DNA of 64,000 bases, taken from NCBI GenBank assembly GCA_964016885.1, contig OZ024745.1, forward strand, positions 115,258,001 through 115,322,000. The letters run 5' to 3'. Shown piece by piece: positions 25,816 through 40,382 of this stretch (its first letter is position 1; every line of letters starts with the position of its first letter). The notes beneath the pieces were generated by a model that was not told where the DNA came from, did not search any database, and saw only the letters and a program-made list of their open reading frames with translations. This DNA comes from Eledone cirrhosa. Its lineage: Eukaryota. The position numbers were made by a program, and so were the translations under genes.

Positions 25816-27345
25816 CATCCATCCATCCATACATCCATCCATCCATACATCCATCCATCCATACATCCATACATCCATCCATACATCCATACATCCATAC
25901 ATCCATACATCCATCCATACATACATCCATACATCCATCCGTACATCCATCCATCCATACATCCATACATACATACATACATCCATACATCCATACATCC
26001 ATCCATCCGTACATATATCCATACATCCATCCATACATCCATCCATACATACATACATCCATCCATACATACATCCATCCATACATACATCCATACATCC
26101 ATCCATACATCCATCCATACATCCATCCATCCATCCATACATCCATCCATCCATCCATCCATCCATCCATCCATCCATACATCCATACATCCATCCATAC
26201 ATATATCCATACATCCATCCATACATCCATCCATCCATACATCCATACATCCATCCATTCATCCATCCATACATATATCCATCCGTACATCCATCCATAC
26301 ATCCATACATACACCCATCCGTACATCCATCCATACATCCATACATACACCCATCCGTACATCCATCCATACATCCATACATCCACCCATACATCCATCC
26401 ATACATCCATCCACCCATACATCCATCCATACATACATCCATACATCCATACATCCATCCATCCGTACATATATCCATACATCCATCCATACATACATCC
26501 ATACATCCATCCGTACATCCATCCATACACCCATCCATACATCCATACATCCATACATCCACCCATACATCCATCCATACATCCATCCATACATACATCC
26601 ATACATCCATCCGTACATCCATCCATACACCCATCCATCCATCCATACATACATCCATACATCCATACATCCATCCATCCATACATCCATACATCCATCC
26701 ATCCATACATCCATACATCCATCCGTACATCCATCCGTACATCCATCCATCCATACATCCATACATCCATCCATCCATCCATCCATCCATACATACATAC
26801 ATCCATACATCCATCCATACATCCATCCGTACATCCATCCATCCATACATCCATACATCCATACATACATACATCCATACATCCATCCATCCATCCATCC
26901 ATCCATCCATACATCCATACATCCATCCATACATCCATACATCCATACATCCATCCATACATACATCCATACATCCATCCGTACATCCATACATCCATCC
27001 ATCCATCCATCCATACATCCATACATCCATCCATACATCCATACATCCATCCATCCATACATCCATACATCCATTCATACATACATCCATACATCCATAC
27101 ATCCATACATCCATCCGTACATCCATCCATCCATACATCCATCCATCCATCCACCCATACATACACCCGTACATCCATCCACCCATACACACATCCATAC
27201 ATCCATCCATACATCCATCCATACATACACCCATCCATCCATCCATCCATCCATCCATCCATCAACCCATACATACATCCATCCATACATACATCCGCCC
27301 ATCCATCCATACATACACCCATCCATACATCCATCCATACATATA
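25813..27345. repeat. 1.5-kb (CATC/CATA)n tetranucleotide array
   Basis: Visible directly; source of the MDGW/HPSI ORFs. Confidence 0.95.
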
Positions 27346-27729
27346 TTCTATTATTTCCAACAACATTGCCCCCCCCCCCTCCTCCCACCAACTTCTCCTC
27401 ACACTCAACCTGTCACTGTTACTATTATAATTGTTACGGCCCTTTCTTACCTTCTGAGTTCAAATCCCAGTAATACACTGGGGGGTAATTGCTGCCCTTG
27501 TGTCAAAAGTAGAAATAGTTATTTTTATAATTGTTTCTACTTTAGGCACAAGGGCAGCAATTAAAGTCGATTAAATCGACCCCAGTGAATTACTGGTGCT
27601 GTATTCTATGACCCCTTAAGGATGAAAGGCAAAGCTAACCTTGACGGGATTTGAACTCAGAACTTAAAGGGCCTACTATTCGAATCGTTCAATCATCAGT
27701 ATTACGGTAACTGTTACCATTCACAATAG

Positions 27730-28380
27730 TAATACTACCACTACCACCAATTATTACTACCACTCCTACTACTACCACCACCACTACTAGTACCACTACT
27801 ACCAACATTATTATTATTGCCACTGCTACCATTATCCTACTCATACTACACCCACCACTACTACCATCACTGCAACTAATTCAGCATTACTATCACAGGC
27901 ACCACCGCCTCCTCCATCACTACCACCATCACTACTGCCACCACCACTACCACCACCACAACCACCACCACCACTACCACTACCATCACCACAACCACCA
28001 CAACCGCCGCCGCCGCCGCCACCACCATCACCACAACCGTCACCACCTCCACCACTATCACCACCACACCACCACCATCACCGCAGCCGCTACCACCACC
28101 ACCACCACCACCACCACGACCATCACTACAACCGCCGCCACCACCACCACCACCACCACCACCATCACCACAACCGTCACCACCTCCACCACTATCACCA
28201 CCATACCACCACCACCACCATCACCACAGCCGCTACCACCACCACCACCACCACCACCACCACCATCACTACAACCACCACCACCACCACCACCATCACC
28301 ACCACCACCACCACCACCACCACACCCACAACCGCCGCCACCACCACTATCACCACTACCACCACCACCACCACTACATC
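27730..28380. repeat. (ACC)n-rich trinucleotide array
   Basis: Visible directly. Confidence 0.9.
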
Positions 28381-28734
28381 ATAAAACTAACATCATTATT
28401 CGTGGGAACCTCAATGTGGTCGTTCGATCCGCTAAAAATAGCAGCCAAATGTCCTTTCACCCCAAACTACACAGTCATAATAAAGAAGGAAGGACACAGT
28501 TCTAATTCACCCTAAAATGACTGTATGGTCATGGGTGGATAGCTTTTGATTATTAGCTTTTGATTATTAGTTTGTCCTGTACTGTCCTTAGTGTCTACTT
28601 TATGTAAACCCTTGTGGTTAATAAGGAAATCATTATTAGCTTGGTTCAACAAGGTTGACCTTGGGCTAAACCATAACAACAGCTATGTAATGTTCTACTT
28701 CTATTAACACTACAGTCACCAATATCTCTATAGT

Positions 28735-28859
28735 CCCTTTACGATCTGAGTTCAAATCCCGCCGAGGTTGACTTTGCCTTTCATCCTTACGAGGATCGAT
28801 AAAATAAAGTACCAGTAATGAACTGGGTATTGGCTGGCCTTGTGCCTAAAGTAGAAACA
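28735..28859 (+). mobile_element. 5'-truncated Meta-type SINE with 14-bp TSD
   Basis: AATATCTCTATAGT at 28721-28734 and 28860-28873. Confidence 0.85.
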
Positions 28860-28861
28860 AA

Positions 28862-29225
28862 TATCTCTATAGTACCATTTCCACAACACTACCATATCTT
28901 TTTTCTAAACTATATCTTTTTCTAAACCACCAACACAAATCTACTACTAAACTCACCACTATCTCTACAGTACCATTTCCACAACACTACCATATCTTTT
29001 TTCTAAACTATATCTTTTTCTAAACCACCAACACAAATCTACTACTAAACTCACCACTATCACTACAGTACCATTTCCACAACACTACCATATCTTTTTT
29101 CTAAACTATATCTTTTTCTAAACCACCAACACAAATCTACTACTAAACTCACCACTATCACTACAGTACCATTTCCACAACACTACCATATCTTTTTCTA
29201 CTCTAAACCACCAACACTAAACTAC
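28862..29225. repeat. 98-bp tandem repeat, about 3.6 copies
   Basis: TACCATTTCCACAACAC recurs at 28873, 28971, 29069 and 29167. Confidence 0.9.
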
Positions 29226-29531
29226 TATTACAGGTGTTACAAACGACACTTCCCAGTCTTTCCACGAATATTTTATTTAATCTATGTAGGCGTTACTTGT
29301 TTTCCAGAAAATACCTCCTCCTTCTGCTGCTGCTACTGTTCCACTCTCTCTACTCCTGTCTCTTCATATCTGCTTCTCTTGTGTTCTTTATCACATACAC
29401 GCTCACCAACAACGTCCCTCTCATTTTACCCCTCTCTCAATTAGCAACGTGCCCCCCCCCCCCACACACACTCACAGACACAGACACACAGACACACACA
29501 CATGACCCTCTCAAAGTATAACAATATATAT

Positions 29532-29566
<35 letters not shown>

Positions 29567-29568
29567 GC

Positions 29569-29634
<66 letters not shown>

Positions 29635-29871
29635 ATAAACGTGCTGCGTGGTTGCAAATGGGTTACATATGAATAATATATATATATTCGCGTGGTATTG
29701 ATGTATGTGAGAATGATTACTCAATACCGAAGTAGGGATTAAATATTCTTTACTACAGCTAAGTGGTGAGTCTTGTCATCCTGGACTTTCACCTCTACAT
29801 TTACAGGATCATCAGGGATCGGAGAATCAGTTTCGGAGAAACTTAAGCTGGTTCTTCCGTAATCTAGAGCC

Positions 29872-31463
29872 AACTTTTAGATGTCACCCTCGACCTAGAA
29901 ACTTCCCTCTATTACCCGTACCACAAACCTAATTAGTCCCTTGGATATATTAATGTTAATTCTAACCACCCCCAAAACATCATTGATAACTAAGTAAAAA
30001 GCGTCTCAATTAGAATCTCTGGCCTCTCGGCCAATGAAGATATATTTAACGCCTCCGCCTCCTACTACAATGACGCCCTCGCCCGTAGCGGATTTAAAAA
30101 AAGATAACTTACCTAGAAACCACCGCAAGACTACCTAGGAGGAATAGACATAGGCAGGTTAGTTGGTACACCCCCCCTCTTCAATAGAGAGGTCTCTACA
30201 GCTATAGCTAGGACTTTCTTTACTTTGCTGAACACACACTTCTCCATACAACATAGGTACTACACCATCTTCAATAAGAACACATTAAGACTCTCCTACT
30301 CCACTACACCTAACCTAGCTAGGAATATAGCCAATCTCAATTCTAAAAATTAAATAGACCAAATACCTCCGAACCCAATCCCCGGAATGAAGCCTTGTGC
30401 AACTGCCTAAATAAGGAAGCCTGCCCACTTGAAAACAAATGCCTGACAAATGACATTGCATACAGATGTGATGTCATTTCAGGCACCGATGATAGCAACA
30501 ACAAAAAGACTTACATCGGCATGACTTCCAATAATTTTAAGACCCGGTGGTATGCCCATACCCACTCTTTCAGAAGACCGGACAAATCAAATCAGACAAC
30601 ACTCGCCTCCTATGTCTGGGACCTCAAAAGGAACTCCACCCCTCGGCGCTCAAATGGAAAATACTCCAGAAAGCGCGCTCATACAAGGGAGGACACAAGT
30701 GCTGCGACCTTTGTATCTCAGAGAGCTACGAAGTATTATTAGCCAAGGGCCCGCTACTAAACAAACTCTCTGAACACTGCCCGAATTGCATGCACAAACA
30801 CTTTGCAACTTTCAAATATCTTAAGCCAGTGTTAATACCAGATGACTAAAAAAAACCACTCGACAAAATACCCATCCACCTCCTTCACACCCTACCCCTA
30901 CCCCCTTTCGACCCCAAACACGGCACTATGGTCATGTAAGTACTTCTTACCTATCTGCTATTTCCGCATGTAGAACGTACTTCATTTTAGAGGAAATCCG
31001 ACGTGTGGCTTATGTATTGACGAACGAATAACTATCCTAAAGAGATTACGCAATAGCGATTGCCTAAACACGAGGAGTGAATTTTTCACACGTTGTCCAC
31101 ATGTCACCAAACATCTATTGCATAACTACAAGGCTCCGGACTGATTCTTTGTAATTTTATTTTTAATTTTATTTTTATTTTATTTTCAACCTAAAAACTT
31201 TCCGGACTTTCGCAGTTATCTCCCTTACACCTCTCGCACGCAGTCTAGTATTGCCTGTGTGAAGTGACCGAGTTTCTGCGCATGCGCGTTCGTACGGTTG
31301 TCCTTCCTGTTCCTATAACCATACACATCCCGAGCTGAAGATCCGCTAAGGTGAAACAATTGTTCTCGGTATGGTGAACTAACTGTTGTGTAACCACTTC
31401 TACACAACTCGTCCCTTGGACTGAGTGCTCTACCACTACGGATATTACCTTCCAGTGTTCCAC

Positions 31464-31466
<3 letters not shown>
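29872..31466 (+). mobile_element. 5'-truncated Penelope-like element (RT thumb, CNC linker, GIY-YIG; coding 29872-30849) with 3' pseudo-LTR
   Basis: LDVTLDL, SNHP, CNCLNKEACPLENKC, IAYRC...YIGMTSNNFKTRWYAH, CDLCISE. Has stops and frameshifts, and ends at (TA)n. Confidence 0.9.
31330..31369 (+). ncRNA. Minimal type I hammerhead with palindromic stem III
   Basis: CCGAG-CTGAAGA-TCC-GCTAA-GGT-GAAA-CAATTG-TT-CTCGG, on the sense strand downstream of the PLE ORF. Confidence 0.85.
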
Positions 31467-31545
<79 letters not shown>

Positions 31546-31597
31546 CAAGAAAAAAGATTGACATGGTTCGCTATACAATAAGGGCTTTATTCACATT

Positions 31598-31705
31598 GCT
31601 GACAATTGTTTCTTTGATCTGGCAGGTCTAGAGTACGCTTTACGCCTGATTTTGCGCTAATCGATCTCCAATACTTTGTTTATAACCAGTCTGTTTCATC
31701 GGGGC
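31598..31705 (-). ncRNA. Hammerhead-like motif (CCGATGA core, about 60-nt insert in stem II)
   Basis: Homolog of 58224-58329; ...GAAA-CAATTG-TC-AGC. Confidence 0.55.
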
Positions 31706-31777
31706 GGGTGAAATGGAGAAAATACATAGGGCATGGTTTTTATATAAGTGTGGTATTAAACCAGAACAATAATATCA

Positions 31778-31914
31778 ATAATAAAATAAAATAACTAGAT
31801 AGCATACAATTAAAATAATAACGATGTAAGTAAGAGATAGAGTATACTCTATCTCTTACTTACATCGATGTTATTATTTTAATTGTATGCTATCTAGTTA
31901 TTTTATTTTATTAT
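31778..31914. repeat. Near-perfect spacerless palindrome, about 137 bp
   Basis: Centre GATGTAAGTAAGAGATAGAGTA|TACTCTATCTCTTACTTACATC. Confidence 0.9.
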
Positions 31915-32308
31915 GAGTGACCTCTCAACATGACTGCAACTCAATCAAGCGGAAAAGGACACTCTTCGACAAACCTACATTTGGCGCGAAACCAGTTCGC
32001 GCTAAAATCAATTTAAACATTCACGTGACTTCTACCGACCAATCAAAATTGTTTTGACTACAAGAATTTTTGCAACACGAATTGGCGCGATATTTATAGT
32101 GCTTATTCACGTGACATTCAACAACCAACCAAATCTTAATACATCCCAAGCCACTTTTTTCACATAAAACAGGAAGAATTTCCCAAACTGATCAGATTAG
32201 AGCAAACATCACGGGCGCACTGTGTCAAAATTATTTTTGAAAAGCATAAGAAATGCGCAACCGGTGAAAACTTAAAACTAAAACTCAGCATTTTCTTTTC
32301 CTTTTTAC

Positions 32309-33254
32309 TAATATATATAAAATTAAGTATGTGTGTGTGTCTGTATGTGTGTCTGTGAGTGTGGGTGTGTGTGTGTGTGTGTCTGTGTCTGTGTATTACC
32401 TATAGGGGCCTACATCTTACAACCGATTTTCATGGAACTTTACGGGCTCATCGGGGAGTGTTTTCTATATATCAGCGTATCGTTTTTATTTTTATTCCGG
32501 GGTCATTCTGTAGATAAAAATCGATAGGGGGGGGGGGGGTGTCACCTTTTTTAGGTATCGAAAAATAAGATTTTTGGCTCTAGCTCCCACATTTTGCCAC
32601 CGATTTCGTTCAAATTTTAAAGCAAAATAGAATTTATCATTGCACATACTGTCTTGTTGTTCAGGGACGGCGTGGCAGCCGCTTAAATATTCCAAACTAC
32701 CACTTTTAGACTTAAATTTCGGCTCTTGCTCCCACATTAATCAACCTACTTTGTTCAAATTTTACACTACGCTAGATCTGATTATTTCACGTCTTAAAGT
32801 GGCTTTACATTTTGGATTTTTTTGTTCAGGAACGGCGTGGCAGCCGCTTAAATATTCGAAAATACCACCTTTTCGCTCAAATTTCCGCCTTTTCGGCTCT
32901 AGCTCCCACATTTTTTTAACCGATTTCGTTCAAATTCGAAACTTCGGCTCCACCTCACACATAAATCAATTTATTTGGTTCAACTTTTATACTATGATAG
33001 AACCTATCATTGCACATCTTATAGTAGCTTTACACTTTGCATTTTTTGTTCAGGGACGGCGTGGTAGCCATTTAACTCTTCAAAATACGATTTTTTCCAC
33101 CTCCCACATATTCCATACGATTTCACTCAACATTTCGCCATTTGCTACACCTTACGACCGATTTTCAAGAAACTTGCAGTCGCTAAGATCAACACCTTTT
33201 CATCAAAGCAGATATTATTTTACCTACCCAGACAACGCTGGGTACTGCTGCTAG
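32309..33254 (+). mobile_element. Non-autonomous Helitron with internal repeats of about 165-225 bp
   Basis: Starts CTAATATATATAAAA plus a GT microsatellite and ends with hairpin CCCAGACAACGCTGGG then CTAG|T. GTTCAGG(G/A)ACGGCGTGG occurs three times. Confidence 0.7.
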
Positions 33255-33291
<37 letters not shown>

Positions 33292-33292
33292 A

Positions 33293-33351
<59 letters not shown>

Positions 33352-33363
<12 letters not shown>

Positions 33364-33630
33364 TAAACAATGTGTGTATTAAACAAAGAAAATAAAACAA
33401 CAGTCGAAGATAGGTTCTTAATTAGTTCATTGTTTTACAATATTCCCAGGAAGACGGTGCGATAGATCAGGGATTTCGGGACTAGTAATATGAGAGGACA
33501 TATCCATTACATGCTAGTCGATATATCGATCTACCATGATCGATCAACCCTCTGAAACGATGAGAAAACAATGAACTAATTAAGAACCTATCTTCGACTT
33601 TTGTTTTATTTTCATTGTTCAATACACACA
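33352..33630. repeat. Fold-back element with arms of about 70 bp between (TG)n and (CA)n
   Basis: GTCGAAGATAGGTTCTTAATTAGTTCATTGTTTT vs AAAACAATGAACTAATTAAGAACCTATCTTCGAC. Confidence 0.85.
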
Positions 33631-33648
33631 CACACACACACACACTCA

Positions 33649-33711
<63 letters not shown>

Positions 33712-33893
33712 TCACTCTCACACACACACACACGCACACATACATGTATACACACACATGTACACACTCACACACACACACACACACACAGATATATGTG
33801 TGTGTGTTTATATTTGTGTGTGTGTTTATAATTGCGTATGTGAATGTTTTAATTTGTATGTGTATTTATCTGTTTGAGTATGTCTATTTGTGT

Positions 33894-33980
<87 letters not shown>

Positions 33981-34039
33981 TTTCGTTTCAGTCATGCTCC
34001 ACCATGCTTGTGATTCATGTGTAAAATTCCAATTCCTGT

Positions 34040-35215
34040 ACATTATACAGGAGCAAATCATGGAATAGCTTAGATAGGACTAAACATAAGATAGGGAAAG
34101 CCACCTCATGGTACGACAGACAGAGATACCAGAGTGTCATGTTCGTGAATGCTACCCCTGGAGGAAAATTAGCTAACCAATATAGAAAGTCCCTAAGAAA
34201 GACCCACTTAAAGATTAAAGTGGTAGAAAAGCCAGGAACTACCATAAAATCCCTGATCAGCAAAACATACCCCTTTAAGAAAACCCACTGTACTAATAAG
34301 AAAGGTGTTATATGTAAAGTAAACCCCCAGATAAACTGTAAAACTAGAAATGTAGTCTATAGCATAAGATGTACAGAGGGTACCTGCAGAAACATGACAA
34401 CGACATACATAGGTTAGACAGCTCGAAGCATAGGAAAAAGAATAGACCAACACTAGGGAGGGGGGGGGGGGGGAAGGATTAACAGAACAAAAAAAAAACA
34501 GTTCAATACATGCCAGACAACAACAGGACGGTAACATAGACAGCATAGAAATTAAAATAATATCTAAACATAGAAATGACCCAGCAGATAGGCAAATAAG
34601 AGAGGCGAGCTAAATAGAGCTTAGAAAGCCAAAGAACAGAAAAAATGAATGGAATAACAACAACCATACCCAAACAACCAATACTGACTTAAGAGAAATA
34701 TAAATAAATAAATATACACACAAGTACAATAACAACAAACACATATAAACACACACTAATAAACAAAGATAGAATACAAAAACCAAAATACATACACCAA
34801 AACGCGAACACACACGCCAAACACTATACACACACGCAAACGCATGCGCAGAGACGGAGACAAAAATAAATGAATAAATAAATAAATAAATAGATAAAAT
34901 AAAAATGGCGTAAACACGACACATGATAATAGTACCACACATGATGTTGCAGATGTGCAACGAAAGAACTTTTTTAGACTATATCTATCTATCTATCTAT
35001 CTAAGGCGGGTAAAATTCCCAAGATCCATATATATGTTTATATCTGTACTTTTGACTGTTGCTCAGTCAATGATAAACATTAATGGCCAAATGAATTAAC
35101 TATGGAGATATAAAAGAAGCAGAAGCGAAAACCAAGCAAGCAGTGAGTGTGTTCTGTTATTATTTCTGGCAATAGTATTACAACAATATGACCCTCCCCA
35201 AGTATAACAATATAT
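34040..35215 (+). mobile_element. 5'-truncated Penelope-like element (GIY-YIG remnant 34040-34640 plus 3' region)
   Basis: SWYDR...MFVNATPGGKLA...CKTRNVVYSIRC...YIG*TARSIGKR; 3' end GACCCTCCCCAAGTATAACAA(TA)n. Confidence 0.85.
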
Positions 35216-35217
35216 AT

Positions 35218-35289
<72 letters not shown>

Positions 35290-35384
35290 ATAATAATAAA
35301 TTTGAAGACTAAAATCCAAAGAGGACTCGATAAGGATAAATATATATCAGATATATAAGAACCGTAGAGCAAATATTTATTAAA

Positions 35385-37743
35385 ATAACAGATTAAGGTT
35401 TAAGCAAAGAATCGCTGCTTTCACCCTTAACGGGATCTTCTGAAACTAAAAAAGTCAATCTGTGAACGCAGAAGTAAATATTTAAAAAACGTTGCAACCG
35501 AAGGAAGACAGGAAGACGATACTTTGGCAAAGAATGGAAAAAAAAACGTCATTATTTGGTGCAATTACACGCGAAGACAAAACCACGTTTATGGTATAAA
35601 TGAAGTCGTAGACTAATATTCTATTAGGTGGTTCATGGAGACGTTCTCTGGCAATGAACGGAAAAAACGAAGATAATACGTCATTATGTGGACCAAAGAA
35701 CAATTACACGCAAAGATAAAACCACGTAAATGGTACAACTGAAGTCGTAGACTAAAATTCTATTTAGGAAACCGAATGATTCTCGGCTTCAGAGTTAAGA
35801 ATAAAGTAAATAAAATACAGAGGTAATTGAAATAAATATATACATACACACATCCATATACGTACATACACAAGCATACGTAAAAACACCCCCCAAGGTA
35901 TCCAAATACAAGCACGTACACACACACACAAAAAAGGAAACACACACACGCACATACAGAACCCACGCAACGCCTGTACCGCACATATACGAACGTATAC
36001 ACCAAATACATATAAAAATAAATAAATAAAAACATCTATATACACATGTGTGAGTGTGTGCGTGTATACATAATTAAATAAAGGTATATAAATATACACA
36101 CATAAATACGTATACAACGCGCGCACACACACACCCATATGTAAAGACACATATGTTCGCGGACATACTTCAACCAAAACACAAAGTACACATATACACA
36201 CACCCTACATACGTACGAACCTGCATACTCACACAGACGCAAAACTCACGTATACACATAACCAAATGCACATGTACCAGTATATATAATATATACGCCA
36301 ATAACATATACAAGCAAATATACGTACGAGAAAATATAATGTACCTTCACAAAACATATAGGTAATATAAACTTACCTATACGAATAAGTAATGGTATTA
36401 ACATAACATATACTTAGCTACCACATCAAGACGTAAAATATCCGCGTATAGTTCGTACTATCCATTAGGGTATAATGTTGGGCTGTAATACAGGAAAGTT
36501 TGTTGCAATTTATGTTTACAAGCCAAATTGCCTCACGTTTTTTGTTTAAGATGTGGTCTTTGGCGTAGAGTATTTCCAGGGCCTCAGCGGCGCAGAGGTC
36601 ACATGGTCTTTTATTTCCGTTATACGATCTAGCTTAAGCTAGGATCTCCCAGTGTATCTTATATTGGGTGTGGTTATCTTTTAGACTCCAGATATAAGCT
36701 GAAAGTGACGTCATATTCCTTCTTAAAGGGTTAAGAAAAGAATGGGTATGCATGTAAAGACGTTGCTTAAAACTATTGGCGGTTAACCCTATGTAGGCCC
36801 TACGGGACGTGGGTGTTTCAACCTTACATTTGTAGACAATGTTACTAGAGAGGCATTTCCCGGATAGGGGGCAGTCAACCCGATTCCTACAATTACAGTT
36901 AGTACTAGCTACAGGGTTGCACGTGTTCCTATGGCTAGGTAATTTAGCTAGATTTGAAGCTGTGATGTTATGTGCAAGGTTAGGAGTCGTAGAGTAAGAA
37001 ATTTTAATGGTATTTCTATTAAAAATGTTACTATATTTATGTGCTGGGGGGAAATGCTTCATAATAAGGGAGAGAAAGATCTTAGCTAAAGGTGTGGCCA
37101 CCTCCATATTATATGGTGTGTTATACCATATAATGCATCGGGATCTATTTTTCCTAGGTCTATTCTCGTACTCTGTATAAGCTACCTTATCGACGAATCC
37201 ACTCCGAGCAAGAGCTTCATTGTAATATGTGGAATGGTCGTTGAAAATATGCTCGCTTGTAGATAGACGGGAAAGCCTCAAAGAAACGTTTCTTACCAGG
37301 TTCTTGGTTATGCTGGTAGGATGGTTAGAATGCTTACTTATGTAATTAAGCGTATCATTCGGCTTTCTATACGGGTAGTGCCTAATAGAATATTAGTGTA
37401 GACTTCATTTATACCATAAACGTGGTTTTGTCTTCACGTGTAATTGTTTTCACTGCACCAAATAATGACGTATTATCTTCGTTTTTTTCCGTTCTTTGCC
37501 AGGGAACGTTTCCACGAACCAAAGTATCGTCTTCCTGTCTTCCTTCGTTTGCAACGTTTTTTGAAATATTTACTTCTGCATTCACAGATTGGCTTTTTTA
37601 GTTTCAGAAGATCCCGTTAAGGGTGAAAGCAGCGATTCTTTGCTTAAACTTTAATCTGTTATTTGAATTAATATATATATATATTAATTCAAATAACAGA
37701 TTAAAGTTTAAGCAAAGAATCGGTGCTTTCACCCTTAACGGGA

Positions 37744-37745
<2 letters not shown>
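35385..37745 (-). mobile_element. Penelope-like element (coding remnant about 36490-37382) with inverted pseudo-LTRs and a terminal 135-bp palindrome
   Basis: SNHP, YYNEALARSG, CNCRNRVDCPLSGKC, IVYKC..YIGLTANSFKQR. 35385-35760 is inverted relative to 37385-37665, and 37610-37745 is palindromic. Confidence 0.9.
37600..37650 (+). ncRNA. Hammerhead-like motif with CAGAAGA core (inverted partner at 35398-35446)
   Basis: AGTTT-CAGAAGA-TCCC-GTTAA-GGGT-GAAA-GCA-GCGATTCTT-TGC-TT-AAACT. Confidence 0.55.
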
Positions 37746-37810
<65 letters not shown>

Positions 37811-38467
37811 AATGTCATCAATGGAAAATAACAATAAAAAGGCAATGTAATGTTGGTGCATTAGGTAAAATGACACAAATAGAAGGAGGGACAGGTTATT
37901 GAAGAACAAAGCAAAGAAAAGATGAAAAGGAAGGCATGTGGTGTACAAAATACATTGAAAACGTGACAAAAGTGTACAATGAATAACAGTTAGGTCAGAT
38001 GTAATGTAAAAGATAGGATGTTTAGGGTTAAAACCTTTATTGAAATAAAAGAAGAAATGAACAAGAATGAAATAAGTAAAATGTTGGAATGATAGAAATT
38101 TAAAGAAGAAATTCTTATCGTACTGCTTCATCAGGTGAATTTGACCGTCAGCGAGGAAGAGAAGAAGAGAACAAGGTGGCGTTAAGAGAATGTAGAGAAA
38201 AAGGAAGTGAAAAAGAGGAAGAGAGAAAGAGAGAGAGAGAGAGAGAGGGGAGGTGAGAAAGTTGGAGAGAGAGTAGGTAAGAAAGAGGGAGAGCTATAAA
38301 GAAAAAGGGAGGTGAAAAAAGGGAGGTGATGTATGTGTGTAAATAAATATACAACCAGTTACCTGTTTAACATCAGGGTTTGTGTCGCGGGTCAGAGCCG
38401 TGTGGAGTAAATTAACAACGAAGACAGATATGGAGAAAATCCAGTGAAGAGCTCCGCCAAATACTCG

Positions 38468-38574
<107 letters not shown>

Positions 38575-38941
38575 CGTAAGACCCCTTCGGACATGAATGA
38601 CCATGGTTTTGCACCTAGGATGATATGATCCCCTCTGAGGCACACACCTGGGCAAGGTGTGTGGAAGTCATTCATGCATGCCAGTCCCCACGCTAGCAAT
38701 GGGTGATACTTGGCAACTCATTTCTACAGCTGAGTGAAATGGAGCAACGTGAAATGAAGGTCTTGCTCAAGAACACAAAACAACGCCCGGAATCGAACTT
38801 ACAACTTCATGATTGTGAATACGACGCTCTAACAACTAAGCCACGCACCTTCACACAAACATAATCTATAAATACACACACACATATATATATACATGCA
38901 TACGTAATGCATACAAGCATACATAAATACATACATACACA

Positions 38942-39300
38942 CGTAACAAATCTTGAGAAGCTAGGCTTCACAGGAACAGAAAGAACACAACTAGTTAGGA
39001 AATTACAAGTACAATCCATTAATGGAACAATAAGAATATGTGAAACATTCCAAAAATTTTGCATCTAATAACTGCATATACACATGTAAATATACAAAGC
39101 ATATACATATGCACACATACAACTCAAAACATTCACATGCACACATACAATAACATCCATATCTACACATGCATGCAGACATAATCTACCTGGTTGATGT
39201 TGTGTAAATTCCAATGAGAGAGTCTTGTGTCTATGTTAGAAACCGACTCTCTCTCTATTGGTAAAAATTTGTGAAATTATAAAACCAGAAGAACATAAAT
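38942..39300 (+). mobile_element. 3' end of R4/Dong-like element (family 1)
   Basis: VTNLEKLGFTGTERTQLVRKLQVQSINGTIRICETFQKFCI*, then UTR and (TACA)n. Confidence 0.65.
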
Positions 39301-39344
39301 ACATACATACGTACATGCATACGTACATACATATATATATACAT

Positions 39345-39900
39345 ACTGAGCACAACCGATCTGATATTGTTGTTTGGGACCTTACATTGAAAACATGCTC
39401 TGTTGTTTGAGATCAGCTGCCCACTTGATGTCAACGTTGTAATACAAACACAGAAGGAGGACATCTACGGACCATTGATGAGGAGTTTGCAGATCCAGTA
39501 TCCCAGATACACCTTCAGCTTTATACCCATCATTATTGGAGCATTCTGAGTTCAAATCCCGCCGAGGTTAACTTTGCCTTTCATCCTTACGGGGTCGATA
39601 AAATAAAGTACCAGTAATGTACTGGATAATTGCTGGCCTTGTGCCTAAAGTAGAAACAATTATTGGAGATACAGGTTATATACAAACTCGCTTGAACCAA
39701 AGTATCACTGAACTTGATTTGTGGACAAAGTGCGAAGCTCCCTAATTCATAGTCTACAAATGGCTGCGATAGCTGGCACCTTCAAAATTTGCAAAACATT
39801 TTTGCGATTCAAGGGATGACAATTTCTTTTCTTCTACAACCTTGCCACCAGGAAGGTATCAGGTAAAAAAATGTACTCGAAATTAAGAGAAAGCAAAATA
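39345..39900 (+). mobile_element. R4/Dong-like restriction-like endonuclease remnant (family 2), interrupted by a SINE (39542-39658, TSD ATTATTGGAG)
   Basis: HNRSDIVVWD...EISCPLDVNV...KEDIYGPL...FIPIIIG...LQMAAIAGTFKICKTFLRFKG*, a PD-(D/E)xK-type RLE pattern. A further fragment at 40175-40263 reads IVPGIIGALG. Confidence 0.75.
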
Positions 39901-40262
39901 TACATACGTACATACATACATACATACATACATACATACATACATACATACATGGTGGCTGCCAACTCGTTTTCGAGTACGGCCACTACTTTATATCCAT
40001 GTAGGAGAACCCCTACCAATGCGCTGAACGAGTGTGACTTTTTAGTCCAGCCAGCGACTTGAAAACTCTGGTACAAACACTACACTTGTGACAATTATTG
40101 ACACATGCATACATACATACATACATACATACATACATACATACATACATACATACATACATACATACATACATAATCCATTTAGAATTGTACCTGGAAT
40201 CATTGGGGCTCTTGGATATGTTTCTAACTGTCTCTAGCTAGGCTTCACAGAACCAGATAGAG

Positions 40263-40334
<72 letters not shown>

Positions 40335-40350
40335 CGTGTGTGTGTGTCAC

Positions 40351-40382
<32 letters not shown>

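Noticed and set aside
25577-27473. 500-600 aa Met/Asp/Gly/Trp-rich ORFs superficially like reflectin
   Set aside because: Pure (CATC/CATA)n microsatellite open in multiple frames; lacks the reflectin repeat motif.
29770-29820. Minus-strand hammerhead CTGATGA-TCCT..AGGT-GAAA-GTC..GAC-AA as a functional ribozyme
   Set aside because: The conserved U of the NUH triplet is missing and stem I is poor; counted only as a degenerate motif.
38105-38145. Minus-strand CTGATGA hammerhead candidate
   Set aside because: No stem II or GAAA.
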